Source of the DNA: Pecten maximus
Lineage: Eukaryota
NCBI RefSeq assembly: GCF_902652985.1
Contig: NC_047020.1
Span: 4,340,001-4,404,000 of the forward strand
Direction: 5' to 3'
Length of the DNA: 64,000 bases
Shown: in pieces, positions 12,380 through 24,200 of the stretch
Numbering within the stretch: the stretch's first letter is position 1
How the letters are laid out: each line of letters starts with the position of its first letter
The notes under the pieces: model-generated
Told to the model about the DNA's origin: nothing
Database searches by the model: none
Seen by the model: only the letters and a program-made list of their open reading frames with translations
Program-made: the position numbers and the translations under genes

Positions 12380-15115
12380 TCTTGTATAAACTTTACGAAC
12401 ATTCCTTGCATTTGTTCTCGACTCGGATAAGTAAATCATGTAAAAAGAAATCAGGCGGAATTGTTGTAATATATATTAAAAAAAAAGTACGGAGTCATGT
12501 AAAATTTCATGACACAGAAATCGAATATATCCAATGGATGACAGTTTCGAAAAACCATCTTGATATAAATTCTGATGTACTGTTTGGATGTATATATTTG
12601 CCTCCAGAGAATTCGAAATATGTTAACATTGATGCATTTAATGATATTGAAAATTAATTACTTGACATGTCAGAAGGCCACAAATATGTTGCTTTAATGG
12701 GTGATTTTAATGCAAGAACTAAAACACTCCTAGGCTATGTTACTCCAGACCAAACTTGTATTGAATCACTGCATATTAATGAAAATGATGAATTATAAAC
12801 ATATATGTATGACTTTTAAAAAGTGTCCTCGTATCAAATTATTTTAGATCGCTATAGTAAAGACAATTGTAACCCGAATAGATTTGGGTATCAACTTATA
12901 GATTGATGTAAAAAAATATATACATTGTAAATGGAAGAGTTGGAAAAGATCGTTATACAGAGAAAAAAACATGTAAAGGTGCCAGTTTACTGGATTATTT
13001 GATTGTTTCATCACAATTATTTAGTATTATTGAAGTTTTTGAGGTAAAACAATTTGATCCAATGCTATCCGATGTACATTGTCGTATATAATTTAAGTGC
13101 ACTTTTGGCAATAATAACCATCCTGCCAATTATCTCCCAACAGTAAATATTGAATGTAACAATACTGTAAATGGAACTTAAACAAAGGGACGAATTCTTT
13201 AATTATATCAAAGACAATGAACCTGATAGAGTGACAGGACTACTGCAGACTATAATTTATATAACAAACCAATCTGAGATGAATGGTGCTGTACATGAGA
13301 TAAAGACGATTTTTTCTGATACATGTAAATCGGTATTTGGTGTTAAAAAATCTGTACACCATTTTGGTAAAACTACAAACAGCAATGATAAAAAAAAATG
13401 TTTTTTTTTTTCAAAAGTGTGCTAAAAAAAGACGAAAGTTTAATGTTGAAAAACATCAATATAAAATGATGAAAAATAATCATAATGAAAAGAGAAAAGC
13501 GAAAAAGTTAGATATATCGTGATACGATTAAAAATGATATAAACATTTTCAAAACAAAATGGAGGGAGAAATAAGAAAAATGTCAAAAAAAAAAAAAAGA
13601 TCCCAAACAGTTTTGGGATATTTTGAACAAGATAGATTGCACGATGACAACACTGAAATGAATAAACCTATAGAGGAAATATACCATAACTTCAAAAATC
13701 TTCATACTGACAACAGTCGGGCTTTCTGATTGGTCAATTATTTTGGTATTTTCTAATCATTAATTTGATTGGTCAAATCAGCAAAAGTGATATTTTTCAC
13801 TAGTGAAAAATATCACTTTTATAGAATGAATAATTTTTGATATTTCACTGGTAAAAATGTAATAAATTTACATATATTTGTATCATAATTGACTTTAAAA
13901 AGGCCTGTGTGGAGAGTCGGACTTGTTAAAACTGTTAAAAAGTAATATTAAAGGTAAAATTTTGAATGTAATTCATAACTTATATAATGACACTAAGTCT
14001 TGTGTAAAAACTGGAAATGAACAAACTCAGTTTTTCTCGCGTAATATCGGTTGAAAAAAGGGGGGGAAATTGTCGCCATTTTTATTTGAAATTTGTTTGA
14101 ATGATTTAAAGGAGTTTCTTAGTACACACACACATGTACATTGTAATAACTAGGTGAACTGTCTACAAGATATTGATAACCTTAGTCAAAACTTTATCAG
14201 AAGTTCCTAAAACTATTTATTGTGTGATATGCCGACGATACTGTCGTGCTAGAAGAATCACCCGAAGATTTACAGAAAGCATTAGATGTATTTGGTGATG
14301 ACTGTAAAAATGGAAATTAGAAGTTAATATAAACAAATCTAAGATAGTTATCTTTTCGAAAAGAAAATCAAAAATCTAGTCGTAAGTTAATGTTGTACTG
14401 GCAAGAAATTGAAATTGTAGATTCTTATCCATACCTTGGATTACTGTTTCACCACACTGGTAACTCTGCTAAGGCAAAAACGAAATTAGCGGACCAAGCT
14501 CAAAATCATTATTTGCAGTGTATAGGAAAATCAGAAATATCAATTTACCAGTTGACCTACAGTTTACACTATTTGATATACTAATATTACCTATATTGTT
14601 ATACGCATCAGGTTTGGTTTTGGGAACTACTTGACTAAATTAAAGAAAGGGGGTCGCATAGTGTTTTGTAAGTTCTGCACGTCTAACTTCCCTTTGCCTA
14701 AGGAAACTGGCCGCGATGAAAGAAAATGTACACTATGTAATGAAAATGAAGTAGGAGATGAAAATAATTACATCTGTATCTGTTTAAATGTAAAAAAGAA
14801 TCTGTTTGTCAGATTAGGGAGAAAATTGTACCGAAATATTATTATACAAATCTAAATGGTAGCAAAATGAAGGAATGTTTGCAATGTGTAAGGTGCAATT
14901 AATAAAAAAGGATACGCATATTTCTTGCAAAGTTACAAACAATTCTTAAAAAAAATTATCACTTGTGTATATGAAAATGTCATCATTTCATTATAATCTG
15001 TTGGATCTGTCAATTTGTCCGTCTGCTCTCGTTGACATGTTATACAATTATTATATTTTGTTTGACCCCTTGCTACACACTTAAGTGTTTCAGAGTGAAA
15101 AAAATCTTGAATCTT
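12380..15115 (+). mobile_element. Decayed non-LTR retrotransposon (CR1/L2-group LINE) ORF2: APE endonuclease + RT, with stops, frameshifts and deletions
   Basis: Endonuclease motifs KKSGGIVV, GCIYLPPENS, LMGDFNART (~12700); RT motifs IDFKKA (~13890), LSPFLF..LNDL (~14070), YADDTVVL (~14228), SYPYLG; C-terminal FPLPKETGR..RKCTLCNENEVGDE; ATCTTGAATCTT tail near 15105. Confidence 0.9.
13715..13868. mobile_element. Short insertion inside the LINE carrying a perfect 38-bp palindrome
   Basis: AAAAGTGATATTTTTCACT|AGTGAAAAATATCACTTTT at 13783-13820; it interrupts LINE ORF2 just before the IDFKKA motif. Confidence 0.65.
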
Positions 15116-16590
15116 ACCGAAAACAGGAGAATCTGGTGTCGTGCTAGCAAAATGTCCATCGTTAAGCAACATTAGCGACTACATTTACCATTGAACTTAC
15201 GGATCATGCCATGTGGTCACCAGGTACGGGTGTCATATCAAAGTTCTCCTATCAAAAAAGTATCCGGTATGTAAGAAAAAACTTTTCAAATTTATACTGA
15301 GGTGCAAAAGTAAGTATACATATAAAAAAATATTGTTTTGTCTAAAATGAGTAAAGGATCAATATATAACGTTTATTAGATGATTTCTGACAAAAATACG
15401 TAAATAGTTTAGATCTAACGAAATGCCACGTGGTCGGCCCCGTTAAACGTCCCCCAGGGAGGATATATAGCTTCATCCGGCTTTGTCATCTCCGGGATAT
15501 ATTTCTGTATTTAATACTAATGTTGCTAGCATTTTAAACTACAGAAGCTAAGTATGTGGATTTCATAAAACACCAGGTATAGAGTAATTGCATTTAGGTT
15601 TTTTAAAGAGATTACTGGGAGTTAAAACATGCTTGACAAATGTATGATATGTCAAGAACAGGAAGATTGTCGATGACTATCATACTGAAATTGAGGATCT
15701 TTAAGTATTGGCTTAAATTAAACAAAAATATATAACTGTATTTTAAACGCTGGTTACCAAGAGTTATTCGAGAAAGCGAACGGTCCGATAGTATAAGTGA
15801 TAAATTATAGAGAATTGGGCTAAGGTATACATATCAAAGTGACAACATCGTTGACAATCATATTGGTATTATTAAACGTAGACAATAGATAAGATAAATA
15901 CAGCTTCGAAATGTTTTGTACAATGTATACAAACATAATTATGATGGTTTATGTTTACAGAAATATTCAACGAAATTTAGTCATAATCTGAATATCAAAA
16001 ATTCGTATGTCGTCACATAAGTTAAATATTGAAGTAGGTTGTTACAACAATACTGAACGATGCCATAGAATATTTACATAATGTGACAGCGGGGATATTG
16101 AAGATGAGTGTCATTTTGTTATAAAATATGAATGTTAAAAATATTAACAAGCTTATAAAAAAATATTATTTCAAAGGCTTAGTATGTTCAAATTAATTAA
16201 TTTTTTGAAAACAAGAGAACAAAAAAGATTTATCAAATTTACATGTAGAAAAGTTTATCAGACTATGTATAAAAAAAAACCGAATAGTTAATCAATGCAG
16301 TGCAAGAGTCATACAAACATTTGATAAGAAAATAATACATTAATGTGAGTTTGATCAATATAATGTGAGAATATCAGTTTAACATAAAGTGATGATCAGA
16401 TTAATGGAATAGGAGAATATCACATTAATGTAATCTGAGAATGATAGGATAGGTCATGAGAGTAATACATAGCTGTAGTGTGAGGGTGATAGAATAAGGT
16501 AATGATTGTAGTACATGGCTGTAATGTGAAAATAATAGATAAATGTAATATTTAATAATATATAGATACTATATGGAAATGGTAAATGTA

Positions 16591-16779
16591 CGGTGGCTAA
16601 TTACGGCCATCTCGTGTTGTCAAGCGCAACTTATCATGTTGTTGTGTTGTGTTGTCGCCTTGTCGCGGTTTGCAAATGCAACAAGACGACATTATATTTA
16701 CTGAATCTAGGGTTGTCGCAGTTTCTGAACGCGACAACACGACAAGTCGACATCACGAGATGGTCGTTATCAGCCACCA
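16591..16779. mobile_element. ~190-bp MITE with ~31-bp imperfect TIRs and TA flanks
   Basis: Left TA|CGGTGGCTAATTACGGCCATCTCGTGTTGTC versus reverse complement of the right end TA|TGGTGGCTGATAACGACCATCTCGTGATGTC. Confidence 0.85.
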
Positions 16780-16819
16780 TATGAATAAAATACATTGTAT
16801 AATAATAAACGATTGAAAT

Positions 16820-17370
16820 ATACTGTAAAAATGATAAATAATAAATGCAATGTGAGAGTAATATGTATATATATTGTGAGAATGATTGATAAATGAAATG
16901 TGAGAGTAATATGTATATATACTGTAAGATTGATAGATAAATGAAATGTGAGAGTAATATTTATATATACTGTGAGATTGATAGATAAATGAAATGTGAG
17001 AGTAATATTTATATATACTGTGAGAATGATAGATAAATGTAACGTGGGAGTAATATTTATATATACTGTGAGATTGATAGATAAATAAAATGTGAGAGTA
17101 ATATTTATACATTTGTGTATATACTGTGAGAATGATAGATAAATGAAATGTGGGAGTAATATTTATATAAACTGTGAGAATGATAGATAAATGAAATGTG
17201 AGAGTAATATTTACATATACTGTGAGAATGATAGATACATGAAATGTGAGAGTAATATTTATATATACTGTGAGAATGATAGATAAATGAAATGTGGGAG
17301 TAATATTTACATATACTGTGAGAATGATAGATAGCTGTAATGTGGGAGTAATATTTATATATACTGATGC
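16820..17370. repeat. 48-bp minisatellite (~11 copies; degenerate relatives at 16330-16570)
   Basis: Unit ATACTGTGAGAATGATAGATAAATGAAATGTGAGAGTAATATTTATAT; explains the YSHISFIYHSHSIYKY ORFs. Confidence 0.95.
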
Positions 17371-18253
17371 TAGAATAAAACATACATGTGATAAGATAAT
17401 GTAATTGTAGATAGTTGTAATGTGAGATGTTTCTCTTCACTATATATTCTTGGTGTGCTGTGTCTTTATATACATGTAGTTGTTATTGTTTTGTGTGTTT
17501 TCACTGTATATATGTGCACCATACTGATGAACAAAACGGTTTAAAGTAATAAAGATCTGAACTGAATCTTTCTATGTTGGAGACATTACCATGAATTCAA
17601 GTGGGAGTTCAGTCAGAGAAAAAGATAATCAAAAGCAAACTAATAATAATTTGAACAAACCCAACAAACACATATCATGTTAGTTCTCATAATATGATAG
17701 CCATAAAAATACGGTATCCGGAGTATTTTAAATGACACGGGTCTTATAAGTAATATCGTTAGCGTCATTAGTACTATCTCTATTGTTTGTGATATTGCCG
17801 TTAGACGGAAGTATGCAGGATTTGATGGCATATTTAAAACAAGGTTTATATTATATACGTAGAAATAAAGAATTGTTATCATTTAAATGTTGCTCCGGGT
17901 GATTTGCTGATATACCAGTCTTACATTATCTTGGCCGACTTATCTACAGTCAGTACATATGGGAAAAACCTGTTGTGTCCTCAGGATTATTACACAATTG
18001 TTGCCATCGTTTAAAAAACATCCTCTGTTAGGAAAAGGAAATACACTGACGATATGTCCTTGACACAACATTGCATATCTTTGTTACAAACCCTTATTGG
18101 GTGATAATGTATTAAATATCTGAAGACCTACTTCGTACATGTTCGATCTTTGGTTTGATTTGGTTCCTTGTTATGAAATGTAGGTCTGTAATATAACGGT
18201 CTTATCTAAAATTATCAGCGCTTTATTGTCTACGTGTGTGTGTGTTGACCAAC

Positions 18254-21200
18254 ATGGCGGAATACCTGGGATGGGAGGACTATTTAACGATTGGGATCTA
18301 TTTCGTGCTAGTTATTGGTGTCGGACTATGGGTAAGTTGAGTATCTTCTGACTGGTCTATACAAACACATTTGACACCATCGTTATAGTGATAGATACCG
18401 TAGGATGTCTTACAATGCAGACTCGTATCTATCATGCATGGAAAGGTCATATATAGTTCAATGTCATGTAGAGGTCAATCCGTACACAACAGCCCCAAAT
18501 CACAACAAGATACATTATTTTGTAGGTTACAATTACATAAGGAACATAAAAATTCATATTCGGAATAGATAGTTTGTAGTGTAATACATGTACATTTCAA
18601 CATTGTTTTTATTTGTTCAAAGTCTCAGTATTCTTTCAATTGTTTTGCTACATTGTGTATAGATCAAGATATTTTGTTTGATTATATTCAATTACACCCT
18701 ATATCACAATATACAACAGGTGGATTATTAAATACATATCAACTATTTGGCAACAATTGTCATTAGATATACTGTAATTAATTAACACGAGTAAAATATT
18801 CATTTACAAATGATAGACCTTTTAGTTACATCCAACTATATTATATATGTTATGATTTTTTTTCGTAGCTCATCATTTTGTATTATATTACAGTCTACCT
18901 GTGTCATCGTTTTGTATTATATATTACAGTCTACCTGTATCATCATTTTGTATTATATATTGCAGTCTGCCTGTATCATCATTTTGTATTATATTACAGT
19001 CTACATGTATCATCATTTGTATTATATTACAGTCTACATGTATCATCATTTTGTATTATACATTACAGTCTACATGTATTATCGTTTTGTATTATATTAC
19101 AGTCTACCTGTATCATCATTTTGTATTATATTACAGTCTACCTGTATCATCATTTTGTATTATATTACAGTCTACCTGTATCATCATTTTGTATTATATT
19201 ACAGTCTACCTGTGTCATCATTTTGTACTATATTACAGTCTACCTGTATCATCATTTTGTATTATACATTACAGTCTGCCTGTATCATCATTTTGTATTA
19301 TATTACAGTCTACATGTATCATCATTTTGTATTATATTACAGTCTACCTGTATCATCATTTTGTATTATATTACAATCTACCTGTATCATCATTGTGTAT
19401 TATATTACAATCTACCTGTATCATCATTTTGTATTATATATTACAGTCTACCTGTATCATCATTTTGTATTATATTACAGTCTACCTGTCGTTCTAACAA
19501 AGGGAGCGCACATGGCTATTTTTTGGCGGGAAAGAACATGCACTGGATACCAGTATGTGGATAATACATTGTATCATGTACCTTAAAGAGATTTGTCACT
19601 AGTTCTTGTCGATATTCTTAACTTATACATTGTATATTGTTTACGATTTTCCAGGGCACATTTATGTGGGACAGCTCATGCCATCTGTACAAATAAGTTT
19701 ACCAAATCTGTCCTGCTTTTCAATAATTAAGGTGGATATGGATTATTGATATTGATACATTTAATGTAAACTGAATTTTTACTTTTATTTTGTTATTTTG
19801 ATTTTACAATTGTGATATGATATATTGTCTTGTGATTGCAGTAAGGTTATTCTATGACAGCAGCAAATGAACTGCCGGGTCAGACTGACAAAATAATTTT
19901 CGCACAGAAAAAAAAATTCTACTGAAAGATATTGAGCTCTTTGAAATTGAAAATATATATCTAATACAAATGTATGTTACGATTTTCAAATACAGTATAC
20001 GCGCTTTCATTCTAGGAGAATATGTTCATGGATATGTATGCGCCTGTTAATTCTAGATTAATGAATATGTAAGTTTGTATACCCGTAGGTTGGGGCCTCC
20101 ATATTCGCTAGTAACATTGGAGCGCCGATGTTTATTGGAATTGCAGGCTCCGCCGCTGCCTCAGGGATTGCCGTCATCATTTACGAGTGGATAGTCAGTA
20201 TCCGTTATCTATATGCTTAATGTGCTACGAACGTCATTCATTTGATCATTTTGAAGAATATTTTCTGGTCAAAATGTTTAATATTCAACTTATATCAAAA
20301 GGATGAAATTTTTGCTGCATTTTTATCGTCTACATTCTGTTCTATCTAAATAATTGCACCATCATTTAACAACATTTTCAAAGAAATTGATATCACAAAA
20401 GCGTTCACGTTATTGTTTTGCATGTTTTTTCTATCTTTTAGGCAGTGTACTTCCTTGTTTTACTAGGATGGATATTTGTACCGGTGTACACATCATGTGG
20501 GGTAGGTGTTCTGCTCAGGTTTTTTTTACTTTTATGTATACAAATGACAGGAAGAAGATATATCTTGTATATTGAAAACGTAAAAATAGGCACGAATATT
20601 TTTTATCGAGTTTCGTATCTGATTTAGATATATTCCCTTTTATTTCTTCTATAGGCTTTTACAACACCGGGGTACCTGAGGAAAAGATATGGAGGAAAAC
20701 GGATAAGAATCTACTCGTCCATATTTGCTCTTATTGGATTCGTTCTGTTCAATATATCCGTATGTAATAGACAGAGAAGATGTACATTCTTTTTGTAGAA
20801 ATTCGAATTGGTAGTCAATCCTAAATTCATTCGTATGTGGATAGAATATCATAAACAAAATATTAAAACAACACAGGTGTACACAAGTTGTAATTAAAAC
20901 TAAATGTATACAAACATTAACAACAACAATTTATAACCATATCGTTAATCAACATTCACTTGTTGTAAGGTACGAAGTTTCATCGGAGTATCTTACAGTA
21001 TCTCTATACTTTCAGATTGAGATTTACTCCGGCGGGGTGTTCCTGAAGCAATTGTTAGGCTGGAACATGTATCTGTGTGTAGTCATCATTCTTTTTGTGA
21101 CAGCGGTGTACACTATTGTAGGTAAGGATTTATATTGTCAGGGCGGTGTACAACATTATAGGTAAGGAGTCCTATTGTAGGGCAGTGTACACTATTGTAG

Positions 21201-24200
21201 GTAAGGAGTCCTATTGTAGGGCAGTGTACACCATTGTGGGTAAGTAGTCCTATTATCACATCAGTGTACACCATTGTAGGTAAGGAGTCCTATTATCACA
21301 TCAGTGTACACCATTGTAGGTAAGGAGTCCTATTATCACAGCAGTGTACAACATTGTAGGTAAGTAGTTATATTATCACAGCAGTGTACACCATTGTAGG
21401 TAAGGAGTCCTATTATCACAGCAGTGTACACCATTGTAGGTAAGGAGTCCTATCATCACAGCAGTGTACACCATTATAGGTAAGGAGTCCTATTATCACA
21501 TCAGTGTACAACATTGTAGGTAAGTAGTCCTATTATCACAGCAGTGTACACCATTGTAGGTAAGGAGTCCTATTATCACAGCAGTGTACAACATTGTAGG
21601 TAAGTAGTTATATTATCACAGCAGTGTACACCATTGTAGGTAAGGAGTCCTATTATCACAGCAGTGTACAACATTGTAGGTAAGTAGTTATATTATCACA
21701 GCAGTGTACACCATTGTAGGTAAGAAGTCATATTATCACAGCAGTGTACAACATTGTAGGTAAGGAGTCCTATTATCACAACAGTGTACAACATTGTAGG
21801 TAAGGAGTCCTATTATCACAGCAGTGTACAACATTGTAGGTAAGTAGTCCTATTATCACAGCAGTGTACAACATTGTAGGTAAGGAGTCCTATTATCACA
21901 GCAGTGTACAACATTGTAGGTAAGGAGTCCTATTATCACAGCAGTGTACAACATTGTAGGTAAGGAGTCCTATTATCACATCAGTGTACAGCATTGTGGG
22001 TAAGGAGTCCTATTGTTAGGGTGGTGTACACCATTATAGGTAAGTAGTCCTATCATCACAGCAGTGTACACCATTGTAGGTAAGTAGTCCTATTATCACA
22101 GCAGTGTACAACATTGTAGGTAAGGAGTCCTATTATCACAGCAGTGTACAACATTGTAGGTAAGGAGTCCTATTATCACAGCAGTGTACAACATTGTAGG
22201 TAAGTAGTCCTATTATCACAGCAGTGTACACCATCATAGGTAAGGAGTCCTATTGTCAGGGTGGTGTACAGCATTGTGGGTAAGGAGTCCTATTGTCAGG
22301 GAAGTATTACTTTTGGTGGATAAAATACGATAAATATATAATTGTTTTTAAGCTATTAGATAAGTTCCGAGTAACCTAAACCGAGTAAACTTAAAACTGC
22401 CTTTGTGGTGGTTTCCATTCTCTAAATGAATACAGGTTTTATTTTTTAGCCTTTAATTAGGTTTCGATGACACTTTATCTATATCAGAAGGAGATAATAA
22501 GCTAAAATGGATTTGAACATTATATTAATATATCAGAGTGTTTCATATATTATTATTATGATGTTGTTTTTTGTTTTTTTGTTTTTTTTTTGTTTTTTAA
22601 TATTTTCTCTTTCCAAGGTGGTCTGACGTCCGTTATTTATACCGATACCCTTCAAACGGTGGTCCTGATATCCGGGTCTATAGTGCTTTTTGTCCTGTGT
22701 AAGTTAGTTATACTTGTATTTAAAATGTATAACTTTGCTCTTCCATAAAGATACCAGCCTAAAAGATATAACATAGAACCTTAACACATGTCTATTATCA
22801 AACTAAAAATACTGTTAATTGAATATTGTATCTGAGTAATTGTATACGGAAAAAATACAGAAAGGAATTGTAAATCGAAACATGCTCACCTCGTTTATAT
22901 GGAAAGGTGGCGACTCATTAACTAGTGGATGCACTATTTTTTACAGCATACTCTGAGGTTGGAGGTTGGGACGGGTTACAGGATAAATACATGAAAGCCG
23001 CCGCTAATGAAACATTAATAAATGCAACCTTATACGGTTGTGGTCTCCCTAGGGAGGACTCGTTTACCATCCTACGGAGTCCACTGACGGGAGATATACC
23101 ATGGACAGGGTCGATATTTGGGTTATCTACCCTTGGCTTGTACGTCTGGTGTCACGACCAGGTAAATAGAAAATACATGACTAGTATGTAGCCATACAAG
23201 CTTTATTTTTATTCATACTAGCCGTGTATTCTATTTATCCTGCAACAATTTTCTATAAGTTGACGACATTCATAGCAAACAATTTTCCGCTTTGTTTACC
23301 TTTCCTGGGTACGAGTACCCTGGGTGAAGTGTGCTGCTCCATCGCTTAGAAAAAAAGATCCATTCGTTATGTGTGTAATTACTACCACGAAACTATTTAT
23401 GCGCCATTGCAAAATAGTTCCAGGCTTTTTATGTTAATTCGAGTTCAATTTCACTTAAACATGTAGGGAAATGTAACACAAATACAAAGTATTCCTGGCA
23501 AATTCACTTTTGGCGATGAAGATATGGCAGTTACTTGCGTTCGTTTACGTTATGGCTACATATTCCGATCAAAGTTCAGGTCCAAATTGAAGGTAATCCC
23601 GTCAGGTGCTGGACAAAATCCACGTGAATCAAATTGACGTATAAAGCAAACATTTTGACGGATAAAGCGTACGTTTATCAGTCAGAAGTTATCGGTAAAG
23701 GTGTGTGGCAGTTGCGGGTTAAAGAGACTACAGAGTAATTGTTAGTTTTACAGTAAAGGTAACGTCATTGATTGCGTGGATAATCTTAGTTTTACAGTAA
23801 CGGTTAAGTGATTGTCTGCATGGATAATTTTAGTTTTGCATTGCATTTGTATGGTATTACTTGTCATCGACCAATAACGTCATTCAGACTTTAAATAATC
23901 TTAAGTAAATGCATGCAACTGAAAACACACTTACGTGGAAAATGGTAATTAATAATTGATTTCTTCAGTTGATTGTGCAAAGATGTTTAGCAGCCAAGTC
24001 CATATCACACGCCAAGGCCGGCTCCTTATTGGGTGCTTGCCTTAAGATACTGCCCTTCTTTTTGTACCTCATACCAGGAATGGTTAGCAGAATTTTATAC
24101 CCAGGTATCATTTAAGTTACCATTATTAGCTTATAATTCGGTGTGGAATGGTTTACTTTAGCCTGAAGGAGTGAAAAAAATGTAAAAATAAATACATACT

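Larger units (their letters stand above)
15480..17570 (+). mobile_element. Second, 5'-truncated decayed LINE fragment (ORF2 C-terminus and probable 3'UTR/tail)
   Basis: Remnants LHLGFLKRLLGVK (~15590), KIRMSSHKLNIEVG and CDSGDIEDECHFVI (~16000-16125); AATAAA + CTGAACTGAA tail near 17548-17570. That the tail belongs to this element is inferred. Confidence 0.7.

Noticed and set aside
16753-17440. His/Tyr-rich ORFs YSHISFIYHSHSIYKY
   Set aside because: 48-bp repeat translation; no splice or signal-peptide context found.
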